Source: Candidatus Latescibacterota bacterium
GTDB lineage: Bacteria > Latescibacterota > UBA2968
Reading direction: 5' to 3'
Length of the DNA: 64,000 nucleotides
Assembly (NCBI GenBank): GCA_965204745.1
Contig: OZ242010.1
Location: 5,152,001-5,216,000, forward strand
Part shown: positions 56,162 to 64,000 of the stretch, in pieces
Numbering within the stretch: position 1 is the stretch's first letter
How the letters are laid out: each line of letters starts with the position of its first letter
The notes under the pieces: generated by a model
Told to the model about the DNA's origin: nothing
Seen by the model: only the letters and a program-made list of their open reading frames with translations
Database searches by the model: none
Made by a program: the position numbers and the translations under genes

Positions 56162-56692
56162 ATGGACTTCGTTCAAAAAGACGCGCGGATAACACCGCAT
56201 TATTTTGCGGACGACGGGCGGATTCCGAACAGCGCGTTTCCCCTGTTGGTCTATCGCGGCGCCCTGTCATTGCCCAACGACGATCCCGCTTGGGCATTTG
56301 AACAGGTGTTTGCGACCAATCGCTGGTCGCGCTCGTGGCGCGATGGGATTTATACCTTTCACCACTATCACGCGACCGCCCATGAAGTGCTGGGCATTGC
56401 GCGGGGAAGTGCCGAGGTGTGTATGGGAGGCGAACGCGGGGCGCGGTTGACAATCGGGCCTGGCGATGTGATGGTCATTCCCGCGGGCGTGGGACACAAA
56501 AACTTGGGCGCGAGTGCGGATTTGCTGGTGGTCGGCGCCTATCCCGATGGGCAGCATCCGGACTTGTGTCGGGACAGCGCGAGCGACCACGAGCGCGCAC
56601 TGGATCACATCCCCAACGTGTCGATGCCGGATTCCGATCCGGTCTTCGGCGTCGCGGGCGGGTTGGTGACATTGTGGAACCGCGAACTCTGA
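56162..56692 (+). CDS. Cupin domain protein (YjlB-like)
   Basis: 'FHHYH...HEVL', 'GDVMVIPAGVGH', 'VVGAYP'. Confidence 0.85.
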   Translation: MDFVQKDARITPHYFADDGRIPNSAFPLLVYRGALSLPNDDPAWAFEQVFATNRWSRSWRDGIYTFHHYHATAHEVLGIARGSAEVCMGGERGARLTIGPGDVMVIPAGVGHKNLGASADLLVVGAYPDGQHPDLCRDSASDHERALDHIPNVSMPDSDPVFGVAGGLVTLWNREL

Positions 56693-56728
56693 TGCACGCG
56701 ACGCGATCCATCGAATAAGAGGATAACA

Positions 56729-58978
56729 ATGGCCGTCCAACTATCAGAACCCGAACGACTCGACTTGGCGATAGAGGGCATGACGTGTAGCGCGTGCTCG
56801 GCGCGTCTCGAACAGGCGTTGATCAACGCAACCGGCGTCTTGGAAGCCACCGTCAACTTGGCTTTGGAACGGGCGATAGTCAGCATTGACCCGGCGCAAA
56901 CCGACCGCGATTCGGTCGTCGATGCGGTGCGCCGCTGTGGGTTCGACGTCGGCATGCAAACCGGCACCTCGCCAGACGCGGGCGAGCCTGATACCGAGCG
57001 CAGGGCGATTCTGATCGCGGCGATCTTGACCGCGCCATTCATCATCCAGATGGCGGGCATGTTCGCCAACGCCCCATATTTGCACCTGCCGCCGTGGGTG
57101 CAACTAACATTGGTCATCCCCATCCAATTCGCACTCGGCTCGCGCTTCTACCGCGGCGCGATCAACGCACTGCGCGGCGGCGGGGCCAACATGGACGTGC
57201 TCGTCGCACTGGGAACCACCGCAGCATTCGCTTACAGCGTCTATCAGATGGTCATCCCCGGCGCGGGCCATCTCTACTTCGAGGCATCGGCGGTCATCAT
57301 CACCCTCGTCCTGGTCGGCAAGCACATCGAGGCACGGGCCAAGCGCGGGGCCTCGGCCGCGATTCGGGCACTCTTGGCCCTGCGCCCCGACACCGCCCTC
57401 ATGCGGCTCCCGAATGGCGAACTCATAGAACGCCCGGCGCGCGCCTTAAAGGTGGGCGACATCGTCGTCTGCCGCCCTGGCGATCAAGTGGCTGTCGATG
57501 GCATCATCGCACGCGGAGAAGCCGAAATTGACGAATCCCTCATCACTGGCGAAAGCAATCTCATCCCCAAAATGACGGGCGATTCGGTCACGGCCGGCGC
57601 CATCAACATCGACGGCTTCATCGACATCGAGACCCGGGCCGTCGGCGACAACGCCACGCTTGCCAAAATGATCCGCTTGGTCGAAACCGCGCAAGTCGGC
57701 AAACCAGCGGTGCAACGCCTCGTGGATCGCATCAGTGCCATCTTCGTCCCCGCGGTCGTTTCCATCAGCGCGGTCACATTCGCGGGTTGGTACCTAGCCG
57801 GCGCGCATCTCCAACGCGCCATCGTTCACCTCGCCGAGCTCACGGGCTTCGCGCCCCCGAGTTTTGCCGGCGACATCATCGAACACGCACTCATCAGCGC
57901 CGTCGCCGTGTTGGTCATCGCCTGCCCCTGCGCCTTGGGCTTGGCGACGCCGACCGCAATCATGACCGGCGCTGGCGCGGCAATGCGGGCCGGCATCTTG
58001 ATCAAAGACATCGCCACCTTAGAGCGAGCACACGACTTGTCGCATGTGGTCTTCGACAAAACCGGCACCCTAACCGAAGGCAAGCCGGCTATCGCCGAAA
58101 TCGAATTGCTGTCCGATCTCAAAGAAAACGAAGTCCTCCAAATCGCGGCAACATTGCAACAGGGAAGCGAACACCCCATCGCCGAGGCATTTCGCACGGT
58201 TGCAACCCATCGGGGGCTTGGACTCTCAACAGTCGAGCACTTCAAAAGCACGGTGGCACGCGGCATTGAAGGCGACATCGACGGCATCCGCTACTTCATC
58301 GGCAATGACCGCATGGTCCGGGGCAAGGGCCTGGACTTACCCCAACGCACGTTGTCGCACCGCGGGGCAGACGTGTATCTCGGTGCTCGTCTCAAAGAGG
58401 GGAATGTCCTGCTCGCCCGGTTTGAACTTGTCGATGCCGTGCGCGCAGAGGCCAAAGCCGCTATCCGGCAACTCGAGCGGCTCGGCGTCATTCCCTTGTT
58501 GGTATCCGGCGATGCCGCGCCCGCAACCGAGCGAGTCGCCAAAGAATTGGGCATTGACGACATGCACGCCGAAGCCGGGCCGGAAGACAAGGCCGCGATC
58601 ATCCAACGCCTGACCGACAACGGCGCGTGCGTCGGCATGGTGGGCGATGGGATCAACGACGCCCCCGCACTCGCCCAAGCCACTGTCGGCATCGCGATGG
58701 GCTCGGGCACCGATGTGGCAATGGAAACCGCCGCCATCACCCTCATGCGCCCCGATCCCCGGCTCGTGCCCGCCGCCATCGAAGCGAGCCGCAAAACCTT
58801 TCGCAAGATCAAACAAAATCTGTTCTGGGCCTTTTTGTACAATGTCATCGGCCTGCCCCTCGCCGCACTCGGCTTCCTAAGCCCGTCTCTGGCCGGCGCA
58901 GCGATGGCCTTTTCGAGTGTCAGTGTCGTAACCAACTCGCTCTTATTGCGCTCTTGGCAACCCAAACGCGATGCGTAA
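56729..58978 (+). CDS. copA: Heavy-metal P1B-1 (Cu+) transporting ATPase
   Basis: HMA 'GMTCSAC', 'TGES', 'CPCALGLATP', 'DKTGT', 'SEHP', 'GDGINDAP', 'YN', 'MAFSS'. Confidence 0.9.
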   Translation: MAVQLSEPERLDLAIEGMTCSACSARLEQALINATGVLEATVNLALERAIVSIDPAQTDRDSVVDAVRRCGFDVGMQTGTSPDAGEPDTERRAILIAAILTAPFIIQMAGMFANAPYLHLPPWVQLTLVIPIQFALGSRFYRGAINALRGGGANMDVLVALGTTAAFAYSVYQMVIPGAGHLYFEASAVIITLVLVGKHIEARAKRGASAAIRALLALRPDTALMRLPNGELIERPARALKVGDIVVCRPGDQVAVDGIIARGEAEIDESLITGESNLIPKMTGDSVTAGAINIDGFIDIETRAVGDNATLAKMIRLVETAQVGKPAVQRLVDRISAIFVPAVVSISAVTFAGWYLAGAHLQRAIVHLAELTGFAPPSFAGDIIEHALISAVAVLVIACPCALGLATPTAIMTGAGAAMRAGILIKDIATLERAHDLSHVVFDKTGTLTEGKPAIAEIELLSDLKENEVLQIAATLQQGSEHPIAEAFRTVATHRGLGLSTVEHFKSTVARGIEGDIDGIRYFIGNDRMVRGKGLDLPQRTLSHRGADVYLGARLKEGNVLLARFELVDAVRAEAKAAIRQLERLGVIPLLVSGDAAPATERVAKELGIDDMHAEAGPEDKAAIIQRLTDNGACVGMVGDGINDAPALAQATVGIAMGSGTDVAMETAAITLMRPDPRLVPAAIEASRKTFRKIKQNLFWAFLYNVIGLPLAALGFLSPSLAGAAMAFSSVSVVTNSLLLRSWQPKRDA

Positions 58979-59006
58979 TGCGAATTTCGCTTCTTACGAG
59001 GTATTC

Positions 59007-60464
59007 ATGCAACCGACAAATCTGCTGTACATCATCTCCGACCAACACAATCGCAACTTGCTCGGGTGTTACGGACACCCGATGGTGCAAACGCCCAACT
59101 TGGATCGCTTGGCCGAGCGCGGCACGCGATTTGCCAATGCCTATACCAACTGTCCGATTTGCGTGCCCGCCCGCGCATCTTTGGCTACGGGTCGCTACGT
59201 GCATCAAATCGGCAACTGGGACAACGGACAACCCTATGATGGCAGCGTTCCGAGTTGGCATCACCGCTTGCGCGAGCAGGGGGTTCACGCGGCGTCAATC
59301 GGCAAATTGCACTTTCAGGGGCACGGCGCAGATCACGGGTTTGGGGAGGAAATCGAGCCGTTGAACGTCGTAGATGGCGTGGGCGATGTCTTGGGCTGCA
59401 TTCGAGATCTGCCCCCCTTTCGCAACAAGCGGCCGGGCATCCGCGAAGCCGGGCCAGGGGACTCCACGTACTTGCAATACGACCAGCGCAATGCGGACAA
59501 CGCGATCAAGTGGCTGCGCGCCCATCGGAATGACGAAAAGCCCTGGTGCCTGTTTTTGTCCTTTGTGTGCCCGCACCCGCCGTACATCGCCCCGCCGGAC
59601 TTGTACGATATTTACGACCCCGACGAGTTGCCCATGCCCCCGCAGTGGCGCGCCGAGGATTGGCCCGATCATCCCGCAATGGATTATTTCAGGCGATTTT
59701 TCACCTTCGATCCCCAGTTCGCAGAACCCATCGTGCGGCAACTGAACGCGGCCTATTACGCGGTGTGTACGTACTTGGATCGGCAAATTGGTCGCGTGCT
59801 CGATTCATTGGACGAGTTGGAATTGACCCACAACACGCGCGTGATCTACACGTCTGACCACGGCGAGCACCTAGGCGGCCGCGGGATTTACGGCAAATTT
59901 ACCATGTATGAAGACGCCGCAGCCGTGCCCTTTTTAGTTGCCGGGCCAGAGGTGCCCGCCGGCAAAGTGGTGGCAACCCCCGTGTCGCTCATCGACAGTT
60001 TTCCGACAATTGTGGAAGCCGTGGGCGCGCAGCAAACCGCCGCAGACGCGGATTTGCCGGGCGAATCCCTGTGGGTTATCGCCCAAGACGGAAACCGCGA
60101 CCGCACGGTCTTTGGCGAATACCACGCGGTTGGAGCAAAACACGGCGCGTACATGCTACGAAATCTGCAATACAAATACATCTACTATGTCAACGACCCG
60201 CCGCAACTGTTCGACGCGACAACTGACCCCGACGAATGCGATGATCTCGCGCCATTGCCCGACAGTCGGGACGCGCTGGAAATTTTGGAGTACGAACTGC
60301 GAGAAATCGTCGATCCCGAAGCCGCGGATGCCCAAGCCAAAGCCGCGCAAAAAGCCACCATAGACGCCTTGGGTGGCAAAGAAGCCGTAATTCAACGCGG
60401 GGCATTTGACAACTCACCCGTGCCCGGAGAAGCCCCTGCGTTTCGGCAACACGGCGCCGAGTAA
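59007..60464 (+). CDS. Sulfatase (choline-sulfatase-like)
   Basis: 'SDQH', 'CVPAR' CxPxR, 'GKLH', 'PHPP', 'SDHGE'. Confidence 0.92.
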   Translation: MQPTNLLYIISDQHNRNLLGCYGHPMVQTPNLDRLAERGTRFANAYTNCPICVPARASLATGRYVHQIGNWDNGQPYDGSVPSWHHRLREQGVHAASIGKLHFQGHGADHGFGEEIEPLNVVDGVGDVLGCIRDLPPFRNKRPGIREAGPGDSTYLQYDQRNADNAIKWLRAHRNDEKPWCLFLSFVCPHPPYIAPPDLYDIYDPDELPMPPQWRAEDWPDHPAMDYFRRFFTFDPQFAEPIVRQLNAAYYAVCTYLDRQIGRVLDSLDELELTHNTRVIYTSDHGEHLGGRGIYGKFTMYEDAAAVPFLVAGPEVPAGKVVATPVSLIDSFPTIVEAVGAQQTAADADLPGESLWVIAQDGNRDRTVFGEYHAVGAKHGAYMLRNLQYKYIYYVNDPPQLFDATTDPDECDDLAPLPDSRDALEILEYELREIVDPEAADAQAKAAQKATIDALGGKEAVIQRGAFDNSPVPGEAPAFRQHGAE

Positions 60465-60604
60465 GTGCCATCCCAACAGGAGATCGCCGTGTCCGAAACC
60501 GTTAAGCCATTGATCGATGGGCTTTCGTTTTTCACCCGGCAAAAGGTCGCGATCAGCCGGTGGATGGACGCAAAGCGACCATTTTTTTCTTTGGGAAGCC
60601 CATA

Positions 60605-61126
60605 ATGCACGCGCTCGATTTTTGGAAAACCGTGACGATGGACCAGAGTCATTTTTTAGATCAGTTGATCGATTTGCTGACCGCGCACGAGATTGCGTAT
60701 TGCGTGATCGGTGGGCAAGCTGTCAATGCCTATGCCGAGCCAGTGGTCAGTCTCGATCTCGATCTGGTCGTCGCCATAGCACATCTCGACCGGGCAGTGG
60801 CCCTGCTAAAAGGGAATTTCGCACTCAAAAAATTTCCCCATAGCCTCAACGTGTACCAAGAGGGATCGGATTTGCGCGTGCAAATTCAAACCGATGCGCG
60901 ATATTTTGATTTTCCAGACCGCGCTGAACCGTGCGAAATTCTCGGTCTCGAACTGCCGGTCGCCTGCCTTGAAGACACCTTGCAAGGCAAGATATGGGCC
61001 GCACTGGATGCGGATCGCCGAAGCAGCAAACGGCAAAAAGACCTCGCCGACATCGCACGCCTCATCGAAACCCACCCCTTTCTCCAATCGCAAGTTCCCG
61101 CGGAAATTCTCTCAAAACTGGTATAA
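60605..61126 (+). CDS. Nucleotidyltransferase-like hypothetical protein
   Basis: 'YCVIGGQAVNAY...SLDLDL', C-terminal 'KRQKDLADI'. Confidence 0.75.
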   Translation: MHALDFWKTVTMDQSHFLDQLIDLLTAHEIAYCVIGGQAVNAYAEPVVSLDLDLVVAIAHLDRAVALLKGNFALKKFPHSLNVYQEGSDLRVQIQTDARYFDFPDRAEPCEILGLELPVACLEDTLQGKIWAALDADRRSSKRQKDLADIARLIETHPFLQSQVPAEILSKLV

Positions 61127-61128
61127 GC

Positions 61129-61587
61129 ATGGCAAGTCGGCACGCAGATTGGTTTCGGCAGGGACAGCGCGACCTAGCGCACGCCCGCAGAGCAACAGAG
61201 GATGGCGATTGCGAATGGGCCTGTTTTGCCGCGCAACAAGGCGCGGAGAAAGCGGTTAAAGCCGTTTTTCAAAAGATCGGTGCTGAAGCCTGGGGGCATT
61301 CCGTCACGGTGTTATTAGAGGCATTGCCCAATTCTTCCGCCTTTGAACCCGACCTTTTAGACGCGGCAAAAGAATTGGACAAACACCACATCCCGGCGCG
61401 GTATCCCAATTCTCATCCCCAAGGCGCGCCGTTTGAATACTATACGCGAGGAGAAGCGCGTCGTGCTGTATCAAACGCGGACAAAATCATCGCCTTCTGT
61501 TCGGGTCTTCTATTTGAACCGCCCCAAGACGATCCAGCGGCTTCGGCAGGCGATGGCGATGTTGAAGAGTCGGCACCCCGAGATTGA
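61129..61587 (+). CDS. HEPN domain protein
   Basis: 'WACFAAQQGAEKAVKA', 'GHSV', 'LDKHHIPARYP'. Confidence 0.88.
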   Translation: MASRHADWFRQGQRDLAHARRATEDGDCEWACFAAQQGAEKAVKAVFQKIGAEAWGHSVTVLLEALPNSSAFEPDLLDAAKELDKHHIPARYPNSHPQGAPFEYYTRGEARRAVSNADKIIAFCSGLLFEPPQDDPAASAGDGDVEESAPRD

Positions 61588-61831
61588 GCGTGCGGTTCTG
61601 TTCGGTTCTCTGTGCCGCGGAGATGCCGTTCCCGGAAGCGATGCCGACGTGTTGCTCGTCCTCCGAGAAAGCGCGTTGCCTTTCCGCGAACGCAGTGTTT
61701 ATTACGCGCCCCAACACATCGGCATCGGCATACATATTTTTGCGTACACGCGCTCTGAATTGAACGCGATGCACACCGCGAAAAACACTTTTGTTCGCCG
61801 AGCACTACGAGAGGGAATGGATTTGGTTTGA
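61463..61831 (+). CDS. Minimal nucleotidyltransferase (MNT); start uncertain
   Basis: 'LFGSLCRGDAVPGSDADVL' GSx10DxD. Confidence 0.82.
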   Translation: MLYQTRTKSSPSVRVFYLNRPKTIQRLRQAMAMLKSRHPEIERAVLFGSLCRGDAVPGSDADVLLVLRESALPFRERSVYYAPQHIGIGIHIFAYTRSELNAMHTAKNTFVRRALREGMDLV

Positions 61832-61868
61832 TGACCCATTCGTTCAACCGCCACCATCAGGAGGAATC

Positions 61869-63206
61869 ATGGCAGATGATATCAAAGCCGTTGCGAAAAC
61901 CGCGCGGCGGGTTGCTTTGGCATTGCGTCAGGCCACGGAAAACCAGCGCAATGCCGCGCTCGAAGCCATTGCCCAAGCCTTGACCGCCAATCGCGACAAA
62001 ATTTTAGATGCCAACAAACGCGACATGGTCGCCGCAGAAGATATGCGCGCCCAGGGGAAAATCACCCTGCCCTTGATCAAGCGGCTGAAAGTGGATGCTG
62101 AAAAACTGCACAGCGAAATCATCGTCGGCGTCCGCAGCGTCGCAGTTCGAGAAGACCCCATCGGCAAAACGCAGGCCGCCACCGAATTGGACGCGGGCTT
62201 AACCCTGTATCGCGTGACCGTGCCCATTGGCGTGATCGGCGTGGTCTTCGAGTCGCGCCCAGACGCGCTCGTGCAAATTGCGACCCTGTGCTTAAAATCG
62301 GGCAACGCCGTCCTGCTCAAAGGCGGCAGCGAAGCCCTGCACACCAACCGCGCATTGGCCCAGGTTATGGCGGCGGCAACGGCCGGGATGGACGGCATCC
62401 CCGAAGGCTGGATGCACCTCTTGGAAACCCGCGAAGAGGTGACGGGCATTCTCGACTTGCACGACCTCATCGACCTGATCATCCCGCGCGGGGGCAATGA
62501 GTTGGTGCAACATGTGATGAACAATACCAAAATCCCGGTGATGGGACACGCCGACGGCATCTGCCATGTGTACGTGGACAAGGCCGCGGATTTGGCCAAG
62601 GCCGTGCGTATCGTCGTCGATTCAAAAACCCAGTACGCAGCCGGTTGCAATGCCGCCGAAACCCTACTGGTCCACGCCGAGATCGCCGCCCCCTTTTTTG
62701 CCACAGCACTGCGGGAACTCGCGGACCACGGCGTCTTGATCCGCGGCGACGCCCGCACCCGAAAACTGGCGTCCAACGCGGGCGGCCTGACCCCGGCCAC
62801 AGACGCGGATTGGTCAACCGAATACCTCGACTACATCCTCTCGGTCAAGGTCGTGGATTCGGCTCAAGAAGCCATCGCGCACATCAACGACTACGGTAGC
62901 CACCACACCGATTCAATCGTCACCGAAAACCAGCGGGCAGCGAATCAATTCTTGCAAGGCGTGGATTCGGCTTCGGTCATGCACAATGCCTCCACGCGCT
63001 TTGCCGATGGCTTCCGCTATGGCCTGGGGGCCGAAGTGGGCATCAGCACCAACCGCTTGCACAGCCGCGGCCCCGTCGGCCTCGAGGGCTTGGTCATTTA
63101 CAAATACATCGTCACGGGCGATGGGCATATTGCCGGCGACTACATCGGCGAATCCAGCAAGACATTCACCCATCGGAAATTGGATGCGGTATGGGCGGAG
63201 CAGTAG
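61869..63206 (+). CDS. proA: Gamma-glutamyl phosphate reductase
   Basis: 'VPIGVIGVVFESRP', 'LKGGSEA', 'IIPRGG', 'CNAAE', 'NASTRFADG', 'EVGIST..LHSRGPVGL'. Confidence 0.96.
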   Translation: MADDIKAVAKTARRVALALRQATENQRNAALEAIAQALTANRDKILDANKRDMVAAEDMRAQGKITLPLIKRLKVDAEKLHSEIIVGVRSVAVREDPIGKTQAATELDAGLTLYRVTVPIGVIGVVFESRPDALVQIATLCLKSGNAVLLKGGSEALHTNRALAQVMAAATAGMDGIPEGWMHLLETREEVTGILDLHDLIDLIIPRGGNELVQHVMNNTKIPVMGHADGICHVYVDKAADLAKAVRIVVDSKTQYAAGCNAAETLLVHAEIAAPFFATALRELADHGVLIRGDARTRKLASNAGGLTPATDADWSTEYLDYILSVKVVDSAQEAIAHINDYGSHHTDSIVTENQRAANQFLQGVDSASVMHNASTRFADGFRYGLGAEVGISTNRLHSRGPVGLEGLVIYKYIVTGDGHIAGDYIGESSKTFTHRKLDAVWAEQ

Positions 63207-63229
63207 TCAGTGGTCAACGGAGGAATACA

Positions 63230-64000
63230 ATGATTAAAAAATGGTTCGGTCTGATCTGTTGCGCGTGTGTTGTCGCGGCGTGTGCGACCACGCAAAAGGT
63301 TGAAACACCTCGGCCACAAGTCGTCCCAAAGCCCGAAACACTGCCCATTGACCCGGCAGTGCGCTCGGGCAAATTGGCAAATGGGCTTCGCTATGTGATT
63401 CGGGAAAACAAACGCCCCGAGAACCGCGCCGAGTTGCGCCTCGTGGTAGATGCAGGCTCCATTTTGGAAGATGCGGACCAACAGGGCCTGGCCCATTTTG
63501 TCGAACACATGGCCTTTAATGGCACGGCCAATTTTCCCAAACAAGACATCGTCAATTTCCTCGAAGGCATCGGCATGCGATTCGGCCCGGATTTGAATGC
63601 GTACACCAGTTTTGACGAAACCGTCTATATGTTGCAAGTGCCCACGGACAGCGCGGCGGTGATGGAAAAGGCATTTCGCATCTTGGGCGATTGGGCGCAT
63701 CGGGTCGAGTTTGACCCCGAAGAGATCGAGAAGGAAAGGGGCGTGGTCATCGAAGAATGGCGTTCCGGGCGCGGTGCAGGCGCGCGCATGCGCGACGAAC
63801 AACTGCCGGTCTTGCTCAAAGATTCGCGGTATGCCGAGCGGTTGCCCATCGGTCAAAAGGCATTGCTCGACACGTTTAAGCACGCATCCCTCACGCGCTA
63901 TTACCGCGACTGGTATCGGCCCGACCTCATGGGCGTGATCGCCGTAGGGGATTTCAGCGCGGACGCCATCGAGGCCCTCATCAAAAAGACATTTGCGCCG
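63230..64000 (+). CDS. M16 (insulinase/PqqL-like) zinc peptidase lipoprotein, truncated by the window end
   Basis: Translated by hand (absent from the ORF track): MIKKWFGLICCACVVAAC...GKLANGLRY...AGSILE...GLAHFVEHMAFNG (HxxEH). Confidence 0.9.
   Translation, partial: MIKKWFGLICCACVVAACATTQKVETPRPQVVPKPETLPIDPAVRSGKLANGLRYVIRENKRPENRAELRLVVDAGSILEDADQQGLAHFVEHMAFNGTANFPKQDIVNFLEGIGMRFGPDLNAYTSFDETVYMLQVPTDSAAVMEKAFRILGDWAHRVEFDPEEIEKERGVVIEEWRSGRGAGARMRDEQLPVLLKDSRYAERLPIGQKALLDTFKHASLTRYYRDWYRPDLMGVIAVGDFSADAIEALIKKTFAP

Noticed and set aside
60489-60605. 38-codon ORF (MSETVKPLIDG...) upstream of the NTase gene
   Set aside because: It has an RBS-like AGGAG but is too short and motif-free to support as a gene.

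Overview
GC-rich bacterial chromosomal window with about 52 plausible CDS. Core content: a complete alternative complex III (actA-F plus an actG-like gene)-SCO-caa3 (type A2) oxidase operon (2990-15183, minus); many sugar/acid catabolic enzymes (Gfo/Idh/MocA x4, TIM-barrel epimerases, an enolase-superfamily dehydratase, PhyH, RraA, AKR, sulfatase); a K+ channel, a Cu-type P1B ATPase, proA, and an M16 peptidase running off the right end. The accessory middle (22.8-56 kb) is the interesting part. (1) A cluster of two Ser/Thr kinases, PP2C, two stand-alone FHA proteins, an active and a catalytically dead trypsin-TM-FHA protein, and a MotA/ExbB-like channel with an ExbD/MotB-like TM-VWA partner. 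It is bracketed by MITE-like repeats and carries two lesions (an in-frame TAG and a 1-nt frameshift). (2) A translationally coupled GT4-radical SAM / WG-repeat-methyltransferase / His-phosphatase-nucleotidyltransferase operon of unknown product. (3) An IS110 element whose upstream non-coding region has readable bridge-RNA donor and target guides matching its own junctions and the host heptamer repeats. (4) Two AAA-ATPase/PD-(D/E)XK paralogs with flanking duplications, an ABC-ATPase plus TOPRIM-like pair, a DUF488 pair and an NTase-HEPN-MNT trio. No rRNA, tRNA or CRISPR array was recognised. All family assignments are by eye from motifs; no database search was run.
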